Virus record (IMG/VR): IMGVR_UViG_3300031707_000001
Coordinates: 62,001-126,000 of that record
Length of the DNA: 64,000 nucleotides
Direction: 5' to 3' (one strand)
Made by a program: the position numbers and the translations under genes. The notes under the pieces were generated by a model. That model saw only the letters and a list, made by a program, of their open reading frames with translations. It searched no databases and was not told the DNA's origin. Positions within the stretch are counted from its first letter, which is position 1, and every line of letters starts with the position of its first letter. Below are positions 25,013-36,000 of the stretch, one piece after another.

Positions 25013-25456
25013 ATGATAATGGTTCTTGGACAGAATCCGCTAGGACATGTGATCCACATGATATCTGGGCCTGAAACTGATTTGTTCCAGGACATCCATG
25101 GAGCAAAGATAATGGATCTGACGGAGCTTATCAAAAGCTTTCAATTAGCAGATCATCTGTTTATGAGCTATACTCGATGCAAGTCTGAGCCTATGACAGA
25201 GGCCATGCTCAAGGCAGCCAACATTCCATACACAAGTTCTTTCAGCGGTATATCTGAAGCTATGCAGGTTGTCGGTGAGCAAAAGAAAGCAGAATCCAAA
25301 ATAGTTCACGAGACAAAGAGTAAGACCAAGTGCCAATACTGCAGTCGTGAAATTGAACTGTTGCCCGTACCGGGATTCAAGATTTGTGCCGTGTGCGCAC
25401 AGATAGAATTGGGACAACTGAAGACCAAGAAAGTAAAGGATACTTCGCATGCATAA
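25013..25456 (+). CDS. hypothetical protein with C-terminal Zn finger
   Basis: CQYC...CAVC. AAGGAG RBS. Confidence 0.6.
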   Translation: MIMVLGQNPLGHVIHMISGPETDLFQDIHGAKIMDLTELIKSFQLADHLFMSYTRCKSEPMTEAMLKAANIPYTSSFSGISEAMQVVGEQKKAESKIVHETKSKTKCQYCSREIELLPVPGFKICAVCAQIELGQLKTKKVKDTSHA

Positions 25457-26747
25457 GCAGGGACAGTATGCTCCGGTACCGCTACCACCCAACCCATTGA
25501 CCAATACTAATCCATTAACTACAGGGTTGCAGGTTGGAGCATTGGGTGCTGCGGCCGGTATGGGTTGGGCTGCCATCCATCGCTCTATTCGAATGAATGC
25601 AGGTAACAATACACCTGTTGCTGTGGTAAAACCACTTATCGTAGGTGCTTTAATAGGATCAGCACTTGGCACAGCTGCAGGGATGGCGGGAAGTGGACGA
25701 ATCGGACCTACGAGGGAACCAACTTGGGAAGGCGTGGAAGAAGACATCATGAACAAAGCATCCAAATACTCCGGACTGAATACTATCGTTGAGAAGCGGG
25801 CAATGACCAAATATGGACTGGGGCCAATCGGTACAGCAGCAGACATTGGAACGTACTTCATTCCCGGTGTAGGTCAAGCACGTATGGGATGGGATGCCGT
25901 GCGTAGTTTTGGAGGATCTTTGGGTTCGTTGTTTAAGGGACAGTTTCGACAGGCAGGCGGCAAACTGCTATCTGGATTGGGTAGCACAGCCATGCTTGGT
26001 GCCTCATTGATTCCTGGTGGACAGCTGTTGACTGGTGCCGGTAAAGCATTGCGTGCAGGGAAAGCTGTAGCTGCAGCAGGCAAAGCAGCAAAACCAGCAT
26101 TTGGATTAGCGGAGCGCATGGGCCGAGTATTTGGTCCACGTGTAGGCGAAGGAGCCATAAGTGGAATGGAACAAGCCGGCGAAGGCATGAAGAATCTGTT
26201 AACCAAGGGGCAGCGCACAGCTGCGGGTTGGGGTTCCGTGCCATTAGCAGTTGGTGGATCTTTGGCTGAAGGATCGCCGACGCAGCAAATGTCTTCTGTG
26301 CCTGGTGCTATGACTCAGGCCCTTGCTTCAAACCGTTGGGGTAGGCGTCCAATACAAATGCCGGAAATGGAAATGCCTGAGATCTTTCGAAAGCGCTCCC
26401 AAGACTACTCTTCGCTGATGTATAACCCGGCGATTGGAAGCCGTACGCTTACGGATTTGTACATGGCCATTAGGGCTGATGCTGGGTTGGAGCCTATGGA
26501 CAAAGGCGAACTAGTAAACCAGATCAAGGCCATGACCGGATACGCCAACGAAAGTACTCCTTTGTCGGCCCTTATGATTAAGGGTCTTGGGGGCACGATT
26601 GGGTGGCTAATTTCAAAGTATTTTGGCATGGGGCCTGTTGGACAGGTTCTATCGGCAATTGGAGGATTCGGTTTGGGTACGGTGATAAATAACCAGTTGA
26701 ACAAGCCGCCTGATCAATACCCGGGTTATCGGACGTTTGGAAATTAA
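25449..26747 (+). CDS. Gly/Ala-rich amphipathic virion (ejection?) protein
   Basis: Several G-rich hydrophobic segments, KRA/KRS motifs and a PT-TG-like stretch. Confidence 0.6.
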   Translation: MHKQGQYAPVPLPPNPLTNTNPLTTGLQVGALGAAAGMGWAAIHRSIRMNAGNNTPVAVVKPLIVGALIGSALGTAAGMAGSGRIGPTREPTWEGVEEDIMNKASKYSGLNTIVEKRAMTKYGLGPIGTAADIGTYFIPGVGQARMGWDAVRSFGGSLGSLFKGQFRQAGGKLLSGLGSTAMLGASLIPGGQLLTGAGKALRAGKAVAAAGKAAKPAFGLAERMGRVFGPRVGEGAISGMEQAGEGMKNLLTKGQRTAAGWGSVPLAVGGSLAEGSPTQQMSSVPGAMTQALASNRWGRRPIQMPEMEMPEIFRKRSQDYSSLMYNPAIGSRTLTDLYMAIRADAGLEPMDKGELVNQIKAMTGYANESTPLSALMIKGLGGTIGWLISKYFGMGPVGQVLSAIGGFGLGTVINNQLNKPPDQYPGYRTFGN

Positions 26748-27291
26748 GATAGGTAAACGTACCATCTTTGGCCAATAGGTGTTCAATATCATGACAGTTG
26801 GGACATACTACTTCGATGTTGTTTGGATCACTGTTTGCGTGGTTATGATCTTTGTGGTGGCGTTTCAATATTTCCGGATATTTATTGAATCCACAGCGTT
26901 CGCATTTAAGCATTTTACTTCTAGGCATGACATCGGAAGGACGAATTGGTTTTGGGGGTTCGTGCGCCCAGCGATACTGATCTGCACAACGCCTAGAGCA
27001 AAATTGTCTAGTTGGTTTGTGGCTTCGATTTACAAACGATTTTTGACATTGAATGCAAATCCATATTTTTATGGGTTTTTTAGGTTTGCAGGCGCAGGCT
27101 CTAGAACAGAACTTGGAAGTTGGAAGTCGTCCAATGAAAATCTTTCCACAACGCAGGCATGCCTTTGGCTTACGAGGTTGTTTCCAACAACTAAAAGAAC
27201 AGTATTTGGAATGTTTTCTACCGATAAATTCAGATCCACACTTCAGGCATATTTTTACGTATTTAACTCGTGGTTTGGTTTTCGTGGTCAT
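26578..27291 (-). CDS. free-standing HNH endonuclease with repeated CxxC..F..(F/Y)CS..C modules
   Basis: CERCGF...RHHKDHNHANSDPNNIEVVCPNCHDIEH; three Zn-binding repeats; antisense to its surroundings. Confidence 0.85.
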   Translation of the reverse strand: MTTKTKPRVKYVKICLKCGSEFIGRKHSKYCSFSCWKQPRKPKACLRCGKIFIGRLPTSKFCSRACACKPKKPIKIWICIQCQKSFVNRSHKPTRQFCSRRCADQYRWAHEPPKPIRPSDVMPRSKMLKCERCGFNKYPEILKRHHKDHNHANSDPNNIEVVCPNCHDIEHLLAKDGTFTYLNFQTSDNPGIDQAACSTGYLSPYPNRILQLPIEPVQQAPCQNTLKLATQSCPQDP

Positions 27292-27397
27292 ATTTGTAGA
27301 CTTGCTATTTGAAAGATGTTTGTGCATACTATGTATCAAGTTACCGTTAAAAGAGTAGTATATTTCTGTTGACTAGTAAAGATAAAAGGGCGTAGTT

Positions 27398-27787
27398 ATG
27401 CTACCGAACATGACAAACGAGGAAGCTTATATGCAGGGATTCAACCATCGGTGTGGTGGAATGGGCGTCGATCCACGTAAACTCCTGGCCAAGTACGGAG
27501 CCCTGGCGCCGATCGGAGATCCGGCACAGCAGCAGATAAGTGGAAATTCGTCGTTGTTGGCAGCCGGAGGTATTTCGAATGCCACACAGGAAGCTATGAA
27601 GCCCGAGCTGTTGAAGAAGCAGTTGCCTGAAATATATCCCCAAGTCAAGATGCCCAAGATTGCCGACCACATCGAGAAACTGAAGAGAGACAGGCTTCTC
27701 AAGGACAGAAAGCCGGAGAGTCAAACTCCTGCAAATTCTATTGCACGTAAATCAATTGGAATGGCCGCAGGGCCCTATGGAACGTAA
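27398..27787 (+). CDS. putative internal head protein (GF..C..G+DP leader)
   Basis: AYMQGFNHRCGGMGVDPRKLLAKYGA. Confidence 0.6.
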   Translation: MLPNMTNEEAYMQGFNHRCGGMGVDPRKLLAKYGALAPIGDPAQQQISGNSSLLAAGGISNATQEAMKPELLKKQLPEIYPQVKMPKIADHIEKLKRDRLLKDRKPESQTPANSIARKSIGMAAGPYGT

Positions 27788-27796
27788 GGAGATACC

Positions 27797-28309
27797 ATGA
27801 TCAAGTTAGCACAGTTGGAAGCTGCGTTGTCGAAGGTTAAGGGCGAAGTTAAAATCAAGAAGAGTTCAGCCAACTCTTTTTACCTGCAAGGTTTCATCCA
27901 GAAGTGTGCTGAAGCAGGTATGGATGCGGGACAGATCAAGCAGGCACTCGTTGACAAATTGATTAATGCGGGCCGACAGGTGGGAAAATATTTTGGTGGT
28001 TTGAAACATCAGTTTCGAGCAGGCAGGGATTATAACAAACTTTGGGGTAAAGATACTTGGGGAAAACAAGGTCCTTTCCGACCAAAAGATTTACCGGATG
28101 TAGCATACGGAGCTGGACACAAATATGACCAAATGCTTCAGAGTCCTGTCGGACAAGCTGTTGGATCAGCAGCCCACGGAGTCAGAGAAAATATGTCCCC
28201 ACTGATCCAATGGATAAAGCAGCATCCTATCTATGCTGGAGGTGTTGGTGTAGGTACCGCTGGAGCCGGCGCTGGACTACAAGCAGGTATTGGTGAAATG
28301 GGGGAATAA
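27797..28309 (+). CDS. putative internal head protein (leader family)
   Basis: FYLQGFIQKCAEAGMDAGQIKQA. Confidence 0.6.
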   Translation: MIKLAQLEAALSKVKGEVKIKKSSANSFYLQGFIQKCAEAGMDAGQIKQALVDKLINAGRQVGKYFGGLKHQFRAGRDYNKLWGKDTWGKQGPFRPKDLPDVAYGAGHKYDQMLQSPVGQAVGSAAHGVRENMSPLIQWIKQHPIYAGGVGVGTAGAGAGLQAGIGEMGE

Positions 28310-29634
28310 TGCCTCAGCCACCATCATATAGGAAAGCAGACGAACCCGGTAAGAACTGTGGTACGTGTAAGTACTTCTATCGGTTGGCCAACAATTGCCG
28401 CCGGTACAACTCTAAAGCGTTTGCCAGCATGGTATGCAGGACTTGGAAAGCAGGAATGCAGAAAGGTGCAGAGATGAAAGAATACTTTGAGACGTTGAGC
28501 AATACTGATCTTTCTTTCCAGGAAGGCTTCATTAAGGAATGCGTTGAGCGTGGAGTAGACCCGGAAGAGATGCTGAAAGTTGCACAGTTTTCTATAACAC
28601 CATCTCCAGGTTGGACGACACCCGTTGGTTCAAATCGAGGTGCTTTAGCTAATGCAGGAAGTGCATGGACAGCTCCTGGCCGAGCTTTAGGCCGTGGATT
28701 TCAAAGAATGAATCCACTCGGTTCGATGCGTTCTCAAGCAGCCGTTTATAACCAACCTATGCCTGGAGCAGGCTTTTCACAAGCAGCGGGATCAACAGCT
28801 GCAGGAACCAGTTCAGCTGATTTAAGAGGTATTCGGCGTAACGTTCAAGCAGGGAAGGCATCTCAGCTGGAACGTGGAATGTATTCTAATGTTCAACGTC
28901 AGGCTCCCGCAGTACCCGGCAAAGCAGCGCCAGCTCCAATTAACCCAACTAATCCACGAGGGGGTATGACTGCTCCAACTGCTGTTGCAGCAAAATCTTT
29001 GTCGCCTACAGCCATACCTGCACCAGCCGTGGCAAAGACGCCAGCTCCAGTTGTTGCTCCAACGCCAGCTGCAGTACCTACGGCACAAGCAGCGCCGGCA
29101 CAGCGAACTACAGGCGTATTCCAAGGTAATACTCCGTGGAGTCCTGGCCAATCGTTTACTCCGAAAAATTTGGGTACATCGCCAGCAGGTGGCGGCTACG
29201 CATATGGTACACGCCCAACTGCTGCACCGATGGCTGCACCACAACAACCTACCCAAACTCCTGCCGTTGCACAAGCAGCACAGCCAAAGCCAGGTCTGAC
29301 GTACCCGGCCGGCCATCTGGTCAATCAAGGAAAGAGTTTTCGTAAGCTGAGTCAGACCCTTGACGTAGACTATCTACGTAAGACGGCCGAGAAGCTTTGG
29401 GGAAAGAAAGCACAGGCTATTGATCCTATAAGAAATGGTGTATACGCAAACCCAAAGGCTATGGCAGTGTGGGGACAAGTGCCTCCGCAGGAACAGCAAA
29501 TGCAAAGCGCAAAGATGCCCGTAGAAGGAAAGCCCAATATGGTCGGTAGCGGAACAGCACCCGCACAGCAATTCAAAGCACAGCTTGCACAGGCAGGACA
29601 GAAGCCTACGCAACTTGACACCCCAACGTACTAA
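28309..29634 (+). CDS. putative internal head protein: 4-Cys N-domain, leader, long Ala/Pro/Thr-rich region
   Basis: CGTCKYF...C...VCRTW; FQEGFIKECVERGVDPEEMLKVA. Confidence 0.65.
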   Translation: MPQPPSYRKADEPGKNCGTCKYFYRLANNCRRYNSKAFASMVCRTWKAGMQKGAEMKEYFETLSNTDLSFQEGFIKECVERGVDPEEMLKVAQFSITPSPGWTTPVGSNRGALANAGSAWTAPGRALGRGFQRMNPLGSMRSQAAVYNQPMPGAGFSQAAGSTAAGTSSADLRGIRRNVQAGKASQLERGMYSNVQRQAPAVPGKAAPAPINPTNPRGGMTAPTAVAAKSLSPTAIPAPAVAKTPAPVVAPTPAAVPTAQAAPAQRTTGVFQGNTPWSPGQSFTPKNLGTSPAGGGYAYGTRPTAAPMAAPQQPTQTPAVAQAAQPKPGLTYPAGHLVNQGKSFRKLSQTLDVDYLRKTAEKLWGKKAQAIDPIRNGVYANPKAMAVWGQVPPQEQQMQSAKMPVEGKPNMVGSGTAPAQQFKAQLAQAGQKPTQLDTPTY

Positions 29635-29643
29635 GGAGACAGC

Positions 29644-30294
29644 ATGAAATTTGATAAGATGACAACTCGACAGTTGGACTACGTGGAAGGCTTCATTAAG
29701 AAGTGTGTTGCGCTGGGGGTGGACCCGGAAGTTGCAATAAAGAGTGCTGCTACCCCATACGATATCCCGGGTATGCCATGGGCAAACAATATGAGTGGCT
29801 CGTCTTCTTTGGAGACGGCACCAACATTTTCACAACAGCTGGGAAGAGGTTGGGGAAACGCAATGTCTTCATTGGGTAAAAGAATGGCCAAGCCGGATGT
29901 AAGCGGAAGCGTTGAAGGTTCTGGATGGGATCCACGTACCTGGGGAAGACGTTTGGGAAGAGGAATGTATAATTTATCCGAAGAGGGACGATTCCTGGAA
30001 GGTGCCAGAAATCCCACAGAACAGAAGAGCATGTTCAACATTGCTGGGCAGCAGGGTGCTGAATCTGGAACCCGGGCCGTAAGACAGATGTCAGATCTGG
30101 CAAGACGCCAGAAGGAATACGAGAGAACCACGGGCGGATTGTCCGGCCGTCAGTTCGTAAAAGGATCGCCCTATGCTCTTGGCCAGCCCAAGGCGCAATA
30201 TGGTGGCAAATTGCAACAGTACGAACCGCCAAAGAGAGTTGAACCGCCCAAGCTGCCATCCAAGCGTACGCCTGGGGCGCCTGTAGCGTTTTAA
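29644..30294 (+). CDS. putative internal head protein (leader family)
   Basis: YVEGFIKKCVALGVDPEVAIKSAA. Confidence 0.6.
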   Translation: MKFDKMTTRQLDYVEGFIKKCVALGVDPEVAIKSAATPYDIPGMPWANNMSGSSSLETAPTFSQQLGRGWGNAMSSLGKRMAKPDVSGSVEGSGWDPRTWGRRLGRGMYNLSEEGRFLEGARNPTEQKSMFNIAGQQGAESGTRAVRQMSDLARRQKEYERTTGGLSGRQFVKGSPYALGQPKAQYGGKLQQYEPPKRVEPPKLPSKRTPGAPVAF

Positions 30295-30308
30295 CCAAGG
30301 AGACACAA

Positions 30309-30827
30309 ATGAAGTTAGCAGAAATGAGCAATATGGACCTGGCCTACATCGAAGGATTCATTGAGAAGTGTGCTGCACACAAAGTGGATCCAGAACTGTT
30401 CTTGGAAGCATTGATGAGAAAATCGGCACAGGTTGAAGTACAGAAGCCTATGCCTGGTGGATCAGATACAGGACCCGCACAGTCTCCAGCCAAAGATCCG
30501 TCTACATACGTGCCATCTAACAAAGGTATTGGACGGAAAGTCAGCAAAGTTATAACGCTTCCCAAGTTGGGCGCCGCCGAGGAAGACGGACCTGATTATG
30601 AAGGTAGACGTCGGAAGACAATCGTAGGACTTGGTGCCGGACTTGGTGCAATTCCGGGAGGAATGGCGGGTGCTGCAGCAGGCGGCCGTCATCCTGGAAC
30701 TGGCGCACTTGTAGGTGCTGGAGTCGGAGCAGGATTGGGCGGAGGTGCAGCAATGATCTACAACGCAATCCGGAACTCTCTTGGATTCAGTGCTATGGGT
30801 ATGCCAGTCACAGAACAGAAGAAGTAA
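30309..30827 (+). CDS. putative internal head protein (leader family) with glycine-zipper segment
   Basis: YIEGFIEKCAAHKVDP...RKSA; GLGAGLGAIPGGMAGAAAG. Confidence 0.6.
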   Translation: MKLAEMSNMDLAYIEGFIEKCAAHKVDPELFLEALMRKSAQVEVQKPMPGGSDTGPAQSPAKDPSTYVPSNKGIGRKVSKVITLPKLGAAEEDGPDYEGRRRKTIVGLGAGLGAIPGGMAGAAAGGRHPGTGALVGAGVGAGLGGGAAMIYNAIRNSLGFSAMGMPVTEQKK

Positions 30828-30829
30828 CT

Positions 30830-31174
30830 ATGAACAAACCAGCATACATTTCATTGTTGACCCCCGAGGAACGTGCCGCATCTGTAAAGATGGGTGCTAT
30901 GCTGAAGTGCTCTGAACTAGGCATCAAGCAATCGGCCGTATCAGACGTAATCAATCCCACTAATGCTATGAAAGCCGTGGCTGTTGCCAGTTTGCTTACT
31001 GGCGTGCCCTTGGGCGTTGCCGCTCACATTATCGGGCGTCGGCTTACCGGTGTTGAGAATCGTGAGAAAGAGATGCAAGAGAAAATCAAATACTATCGAA
31101 ATGCAACACGTGGCCTGGAGACGGGTTTGGAAGCACCGGCCCGAGAAGATACGACTGAGAGCAGCGCTACGTAG
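30830..31174 (+). CDS. putative virion protein (degenerate leader)
   Basis: VKMGAMLKCSELGIKQSA followed by an amphipathic helix. Confidence 0.6.
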   Translation: MNKPAYISLLTPEERAASVKMGAMLKCSELGIKQSAVSDVINPTNAMKAVAVASLLTGVPLGVAAHIIGRRLTGVENREKEMQEKIKYYRNATRGLETGLEAPAREDTTESSAT

Positions 31175-31197
31175 TTCCGAACACGAAGAGGTGAACC

Positions 31198-31563
31198 ATG
31201 CTCGCAGGAATGGGCGGTCCGTCAATGTTCGAAAACCTTATGCCGAATCTCGAACCTACGGCAAAGGACATGGAAGACCAGGCGAAAGAGATTCAGTATC
31301 AGCGTACGATAAAGCTGACTGGCGCATACGTAAAGACGTACGACACTGGTAACGCAGACGAGGCCAAGAAATATGCCAAACTTCTGGAGGAAATATTTCA
31401 TGGTATTCAGGCTCGCACCCATGTTATCATTCATAATGATAGACAGTTTGTAAGCACCGACGGGAATCCTCGATGGATTGCCCACATCGAATGGTTGGAA
31501 TTTGAACTGAAGGTAAAGCCAAACCCAGCGGTTGGCAAAGCCAAGGAGAATAGCGATGTATAA
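31198..31563 (+). CDS. hypothetical protein
   Basis: GAGGTG RBS. Confidence 0.6.
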   Translation: MLAGMGGPSMFENLMPNLEPTAKDMEDQAKEIQYQRTIKLTGAYVKTYDTGNADEAKKYAKLLEEIFHGIQARTHVIIHNDRQFVSTDGNPRWIAHIEWLEFELKVKPNPAVGKAKENSDV

Positions 31564-32992
31564 GCAGTCTGTAGATTGGCCAACTGTGGGACGTTATGCT
31601 ACTGGCGGACTGGTGACAGGAGCTGGTACGGCAGCATTGTTGAATCTCATGCGTTACATCCACGAGATGTATAGGGAAAAGAAGGAGCAAGAGGTTCCTG
31701 CAGAAACCAGTGAGAATACGATCGTCGTAAATTTACCAAGGAAGGTTGCCGAAATTAACCCGAGCAAGACGACTACAATGACCAAGACGCTTACCGGGCT
31801 GGGAAAACCTGCAATGCAGCCACGCCGCCACTCAGGTCAGCTGGGACCCAGTACAGTTTCGAATACAAACAGTGCTATGAAGCTGGCAGCTGGATGGCCC
31901 ACACTCACGTTGTCGGCTGTTGCTGCGCTTGGCGGTGGTACATTGGGCGCCATGCTGGTCAATAAGATCTATCAGAATCGTCGCATGAGTCAATTGGAAG
32001 ATGAACTGAATGCAACACAACAGCAATACCTGTCCAGCCTGCCAATGAAAGGTGCTGAGTTCCTGGGAGGTATGTTCGATCTTCCCGCAAAGATGGCTGA
32101 CAGCGATGGTAGTGTATTCGGCTTTGTAAACTATCCGTTGGCAACTATGGCCTTATTGGGTCTGCTGGGAACAGGTGGATCAGCCTACATCACCAAGCGT
32201 GTGCTGGATGAGAAACTGCGTGCGGCTTCGGAAGAGGGTTTGGAACTGCCTAAGGTCAAGCGTATTGTATTTCGATCACAACCGGGGACTGAACCGGCTA
32301 AGCAGGCTTCGGCCGAAGACATTGAGTGCGTAAAAGCAGCTGTAGGCGTCATGTTGGACCGGCTGGACAGTACGACAAAAGTACTGAATATGCCCTATGT
32401 CAAATTGGCTATGGACAAGGCCAATACCAGCGCCATGATGCTGATGAAGGAGGCTAGCGATATTGATACGCTGATGGCACACCTGCAAAGCAATCCAGAA
32501 CTGCGCAAGATGATCATACGTGCGGGTATGGAATCGCATCCTATGCTTAAGCATTTCAAGTGGGCATATGGTCTTCCTGGGGTTCAGGGAATGGCTGACA
32601 AGGCGCTCTACGGTCGTGTTGGACAGGCACTCAATCCTCAAATGCAGAACAGTGCTAGAGCTATTGGTGGCAGCGAAGGCCATACCAACATGGCGGAAGC
32701 CCGGGCAGAGGGCAGTGAGAAGCAGGCCGACCTGGCTGGCAGTGCATTGGCAGGCATGGTGGGTTCAGCCATCTCCGGTCAGAATGCCCGCAAGGAACTG
32801 GTCAGTGCTTTAGCTGAAGCTGAAAAGTCCATTGAAACAGAACGTCAGCGAAAGAAGAGACTTCCGCCGGCGGAAACTGCCGCACAAGTACAACTTGAAG
32901 CCAAAGATCCTGCCGCACAGGCTTACCTGGATGCCAACAAGCAGAAGGTGATGAAGGTCCTCCAAGGTCTGGCAGCTGCCGGCAAGATATAG
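31556..32992 (+). CDS. putative virion protein with several amphipathic G/A-rich helices
   Basis: AAGGAG RBS before ATG 31556; recurring KQS/KVA/KLA/KGA/KMA/KQA motifs. Confidence 0.65.
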   Translation: MYKQSVDWPTVGRYATGGLVTGAGTAALLNLMRYIHEMYREKKEQEVPAETSENTIVVNLPRKVAEINPSKTTTMTKTLTGLGKPAMQPRRHSGQLGPSTVSNTNSAMKLAAGWPTLTLSAVAALGGGTLGAMLVNKIYQNRRMSQLEDELNATQQQYLSSLPMKGAEFLGGMFDLPAKMADSDGSVFGFVNYPLATMALLGLLGTGGSAYITKRVLDEKLRAASEEGLELPKVKRIVFRSQPGTEPAKQASAEDIECVKAAVGVMLDRLDSTTKVLNMPYVKLAMDKANTSAMMLMKEASDIDTLMAHLQSNPELRKMIIRAGMESHPMLKHFKWAYGLPGVQGMADKALYGRVGQALNPQMQNSARAIGGSEGHTNMAEARAEGSEKQADLAGSALAGMVGSAISGQNARKELVSALAEAEKSIETERQRKKRLPPAETAAQVQLEAKDPAAQAYLDANKQKVMKVLQGLAAAGKI

Positions 32993-33001
32993 GGAGGATC
33001 C

Positions 33002-36000
33002 ATGCCTCAGCTTCCGGAAAATCTCCGTGAGTTCGACGATACGGATAAGACCAGGGAACTCATTTACTCCAACGTAATGGATTCGCTGCAGAAGCGTTTT
33101 CCTATTGAGGACAACGAGTATCGTTTGGAACTATCCGGCCTGAAGTATTCTGGTCCTCAGCACTTTTCCCTTGACCAACAGAAACAAGCCCTGATGAAGG
33201 ATCGGCACTTGCACACTCCGATTACAGGGAAGTGGCGCTTGATGGACAAGGCCAACAATGCTGTACTTGGCGAGAAGGAAGACGTTGTAATGAACGTCCC
33301 GTACTACACGCCACGGGGAACATTCATCTTCAATGGCAACGAGTACAGTACAGTCAATCAGTCCCGTTTGAAGCCTGGTGCCTATACTCGTAAGCGTAAG
33401 ACGGGCGAAGTGGAAACGCAATTCAACGTACGGCCTGGGACCGGCCGGCCGTTCCATTTGCGTCTGGAACCAGAAACGGGTATCTTCCGCATCAGCGTTG
33501 AACAATCGAACATTCCTCTCTATACCCTGTTGAATACACTGGGCGTATCTGATAAGGAACTCATGCAGGCATGGGGTCCAGAGATGCTTGAAGCCAATAT
33601 CAAGAAGCAAGATAAGCGGGCCCTTCCAAAGATGTACGAACGTTTTTCGGGGTATAAGTACGATCCCAATGCCCGGGAAGACCAGATGAAGCAGTACATC
33701 AACGAGGCTTTGGCAAAGTTTGAATTGGACCCGGACGTCATGGCTCGTACGCTTGGCATTCGTGACACGAAGAACGTTACGCCACAGGCTCTTATTAGAG
33801 CCACGCAGAAGATGTTGAATGTATCCAAAGGCACAGAGGAGCCAGACGATCGTGATGCTCCAATGTACAGCAACATCTACAGCGTTGAAGATTTACTTCA
33901 GGAGCGCATAGACAAGGATGCCGGAAGACTGGCCAAGACATTACTGTATAAAGCACGTCGTACAAAGAACTTAGACCATGTACGTCGTGGGGCACTAGAT
34001 CCATACATCATGGGACAGAACGGGTTCCTTCTGGCCTCTCGATTGACAATGCCGTTGGAAGAAACCAATCCGCTGCATACGCTGGAGCAATCCGCCCGCA
34101 TTACCAAGTTGGGACAGGGCGGTATAAGCTCTGCCGAATCCATTACTGATGCAGCCCGGGACGTGAACAATGGGCAGTTTGGATTCGTTGACCCGATCAC
34201 TGGACCAGAGCACATCAACGTGGGTATTGACGTGCGTGCCGCTTACAAGAGTTTCAAGGGCAAAGACAAACAGATCTATGGGGAGTTCAGACATCCTGGA
34301 AGCGGAAAGATGTTCTACCTAAGACCTGAAGACGTAGCAGACAAAGCCGTGGCGTTTCCTGGCGAAATGAAGAAGCCAGGAGATACGGCTGTCGTTATGC
34401 AAAACGGGAAAATCAAACGAGTTGCGAAGCCAGAGGTTGACTTTGAGGTTCCATCCTTTGGTCACATGATGTCTTCGCATACGAACATGAATCCTATGCC
34501 AACAGCCGTCCTTCCTGGTCGGCAATTCTATGGCGCAAAATTCTGGAGTCAGTATCTGCCTATGGTAGACGGGGAAACCCCGTTGGTGGATTCTTTAACG
34601 CCAGAAGGCAAACAGACATTCGGTGAATACTACGGACGTAAGGTAGGAGCGCTGAATTCGAAGGTTGCGGGAACTGTAGCGAAAATCACAGATAACAGCA
34701 TTACCGTTGTTGGTGATGATGGTCAAAAACACGTTACTGAATTGGTGAAGGACTTCCCGTTTAACCGACTGACCGGGATCAGTTATTTCCCGGCCGTGAA
34801 GCCTGGAGACAGGGTGAATGTAGGTGATATGGTAGCTCACTCCAACTTCACGGACTCCAAGACGGGAGGGATTAACATGGGCCGCAACCTGAAGACCCTG
34901 ATGATGCCGGCCCGAGGTATGTCTTACGAAGATGCATATGTTATCAGCGAATCGGCCTCAAAGAAAATGACAACGGAGCGACTATATGGATTCGACCAGG
35001 AAAGCAGACAGGGCGTCGATATTGGAAAGAACAAGTTCATTTCAACCTTTGCCCAGAAATTCACCAAGGACCAGGTGTCCAACATTGACGACGAAGGCGT
35101 GGTCAAGCCCGGCACCGTTGTCAGCAAGGGCGATCCTCTCATCCTCGCTGTTGGACCTAAACTCCTTACCTCCGCCGACGCACAACTGGGCAAGCTGCAT
35201 AAAGTGCTGCGAAACGCCTTTACCGACAAATCCGTGATATGGGAATCCAACTATCCTGGTACAGTTACAGATGTGGCTATGACCGGGCATGGTGCCCGTG
35301 TGAACGTAAAGAGCATTCCGCCCGTTCAAGTCGGCGACAAGTTGTCCACACGGTTTGGACTGAAGGGTGTGGTTGGCCGTATTCTACCGGACGATCAGAT
35401 GCCCCGGGATCTGGTAACCAATGACCCCTATGATATGCTGCTCAATCCTATGGGCGTGCTGTCCCGTGTGGCGCCAAATCAGATCATTGAAATGAATCTG
35501 GCCAAGATTGCCAAGAAGACCGGCCAGCCTATTCGTTTACCCCAGGAGCCTCCTCCAGAAGGTTGGGCTGCTTGGGCCAAGAAGCAAATGGATGCAGCTG
35601 GCATCAAGGAAGACAATGACATCTTCGATCCAGTTACGGGAAAGACCATTAAGGGCGTATCAGATGGGTTTGTGTATACAGCGGCATTCCACCACTTGGC
35701 GGAAAAGAAGCTGTCTGCCCGTGGAGAGTCGGGTGCCTATACAATCGACGAACAGCCAGCCAAGGGTGGATTCGAAGGCGCCAAGCGATTCAGCCAGATG
35801 GACGTGAATGCTACGCTGGCACACGGTGCGCCCGAAGTCATTCGGGACGTACAGTTGATTCGTGGTACCAAGAATGAAGAGTTCTGGAAGGCCCTGAAGT
35901 TGGGCCGGCCACTACCCGAACCAACAGTTCCTTTTATCTATGACAAGTTCCTCAATACGCTTCGAGCAGGTGGCGTCAACGTGCAGGAAAAGGGGGACAT

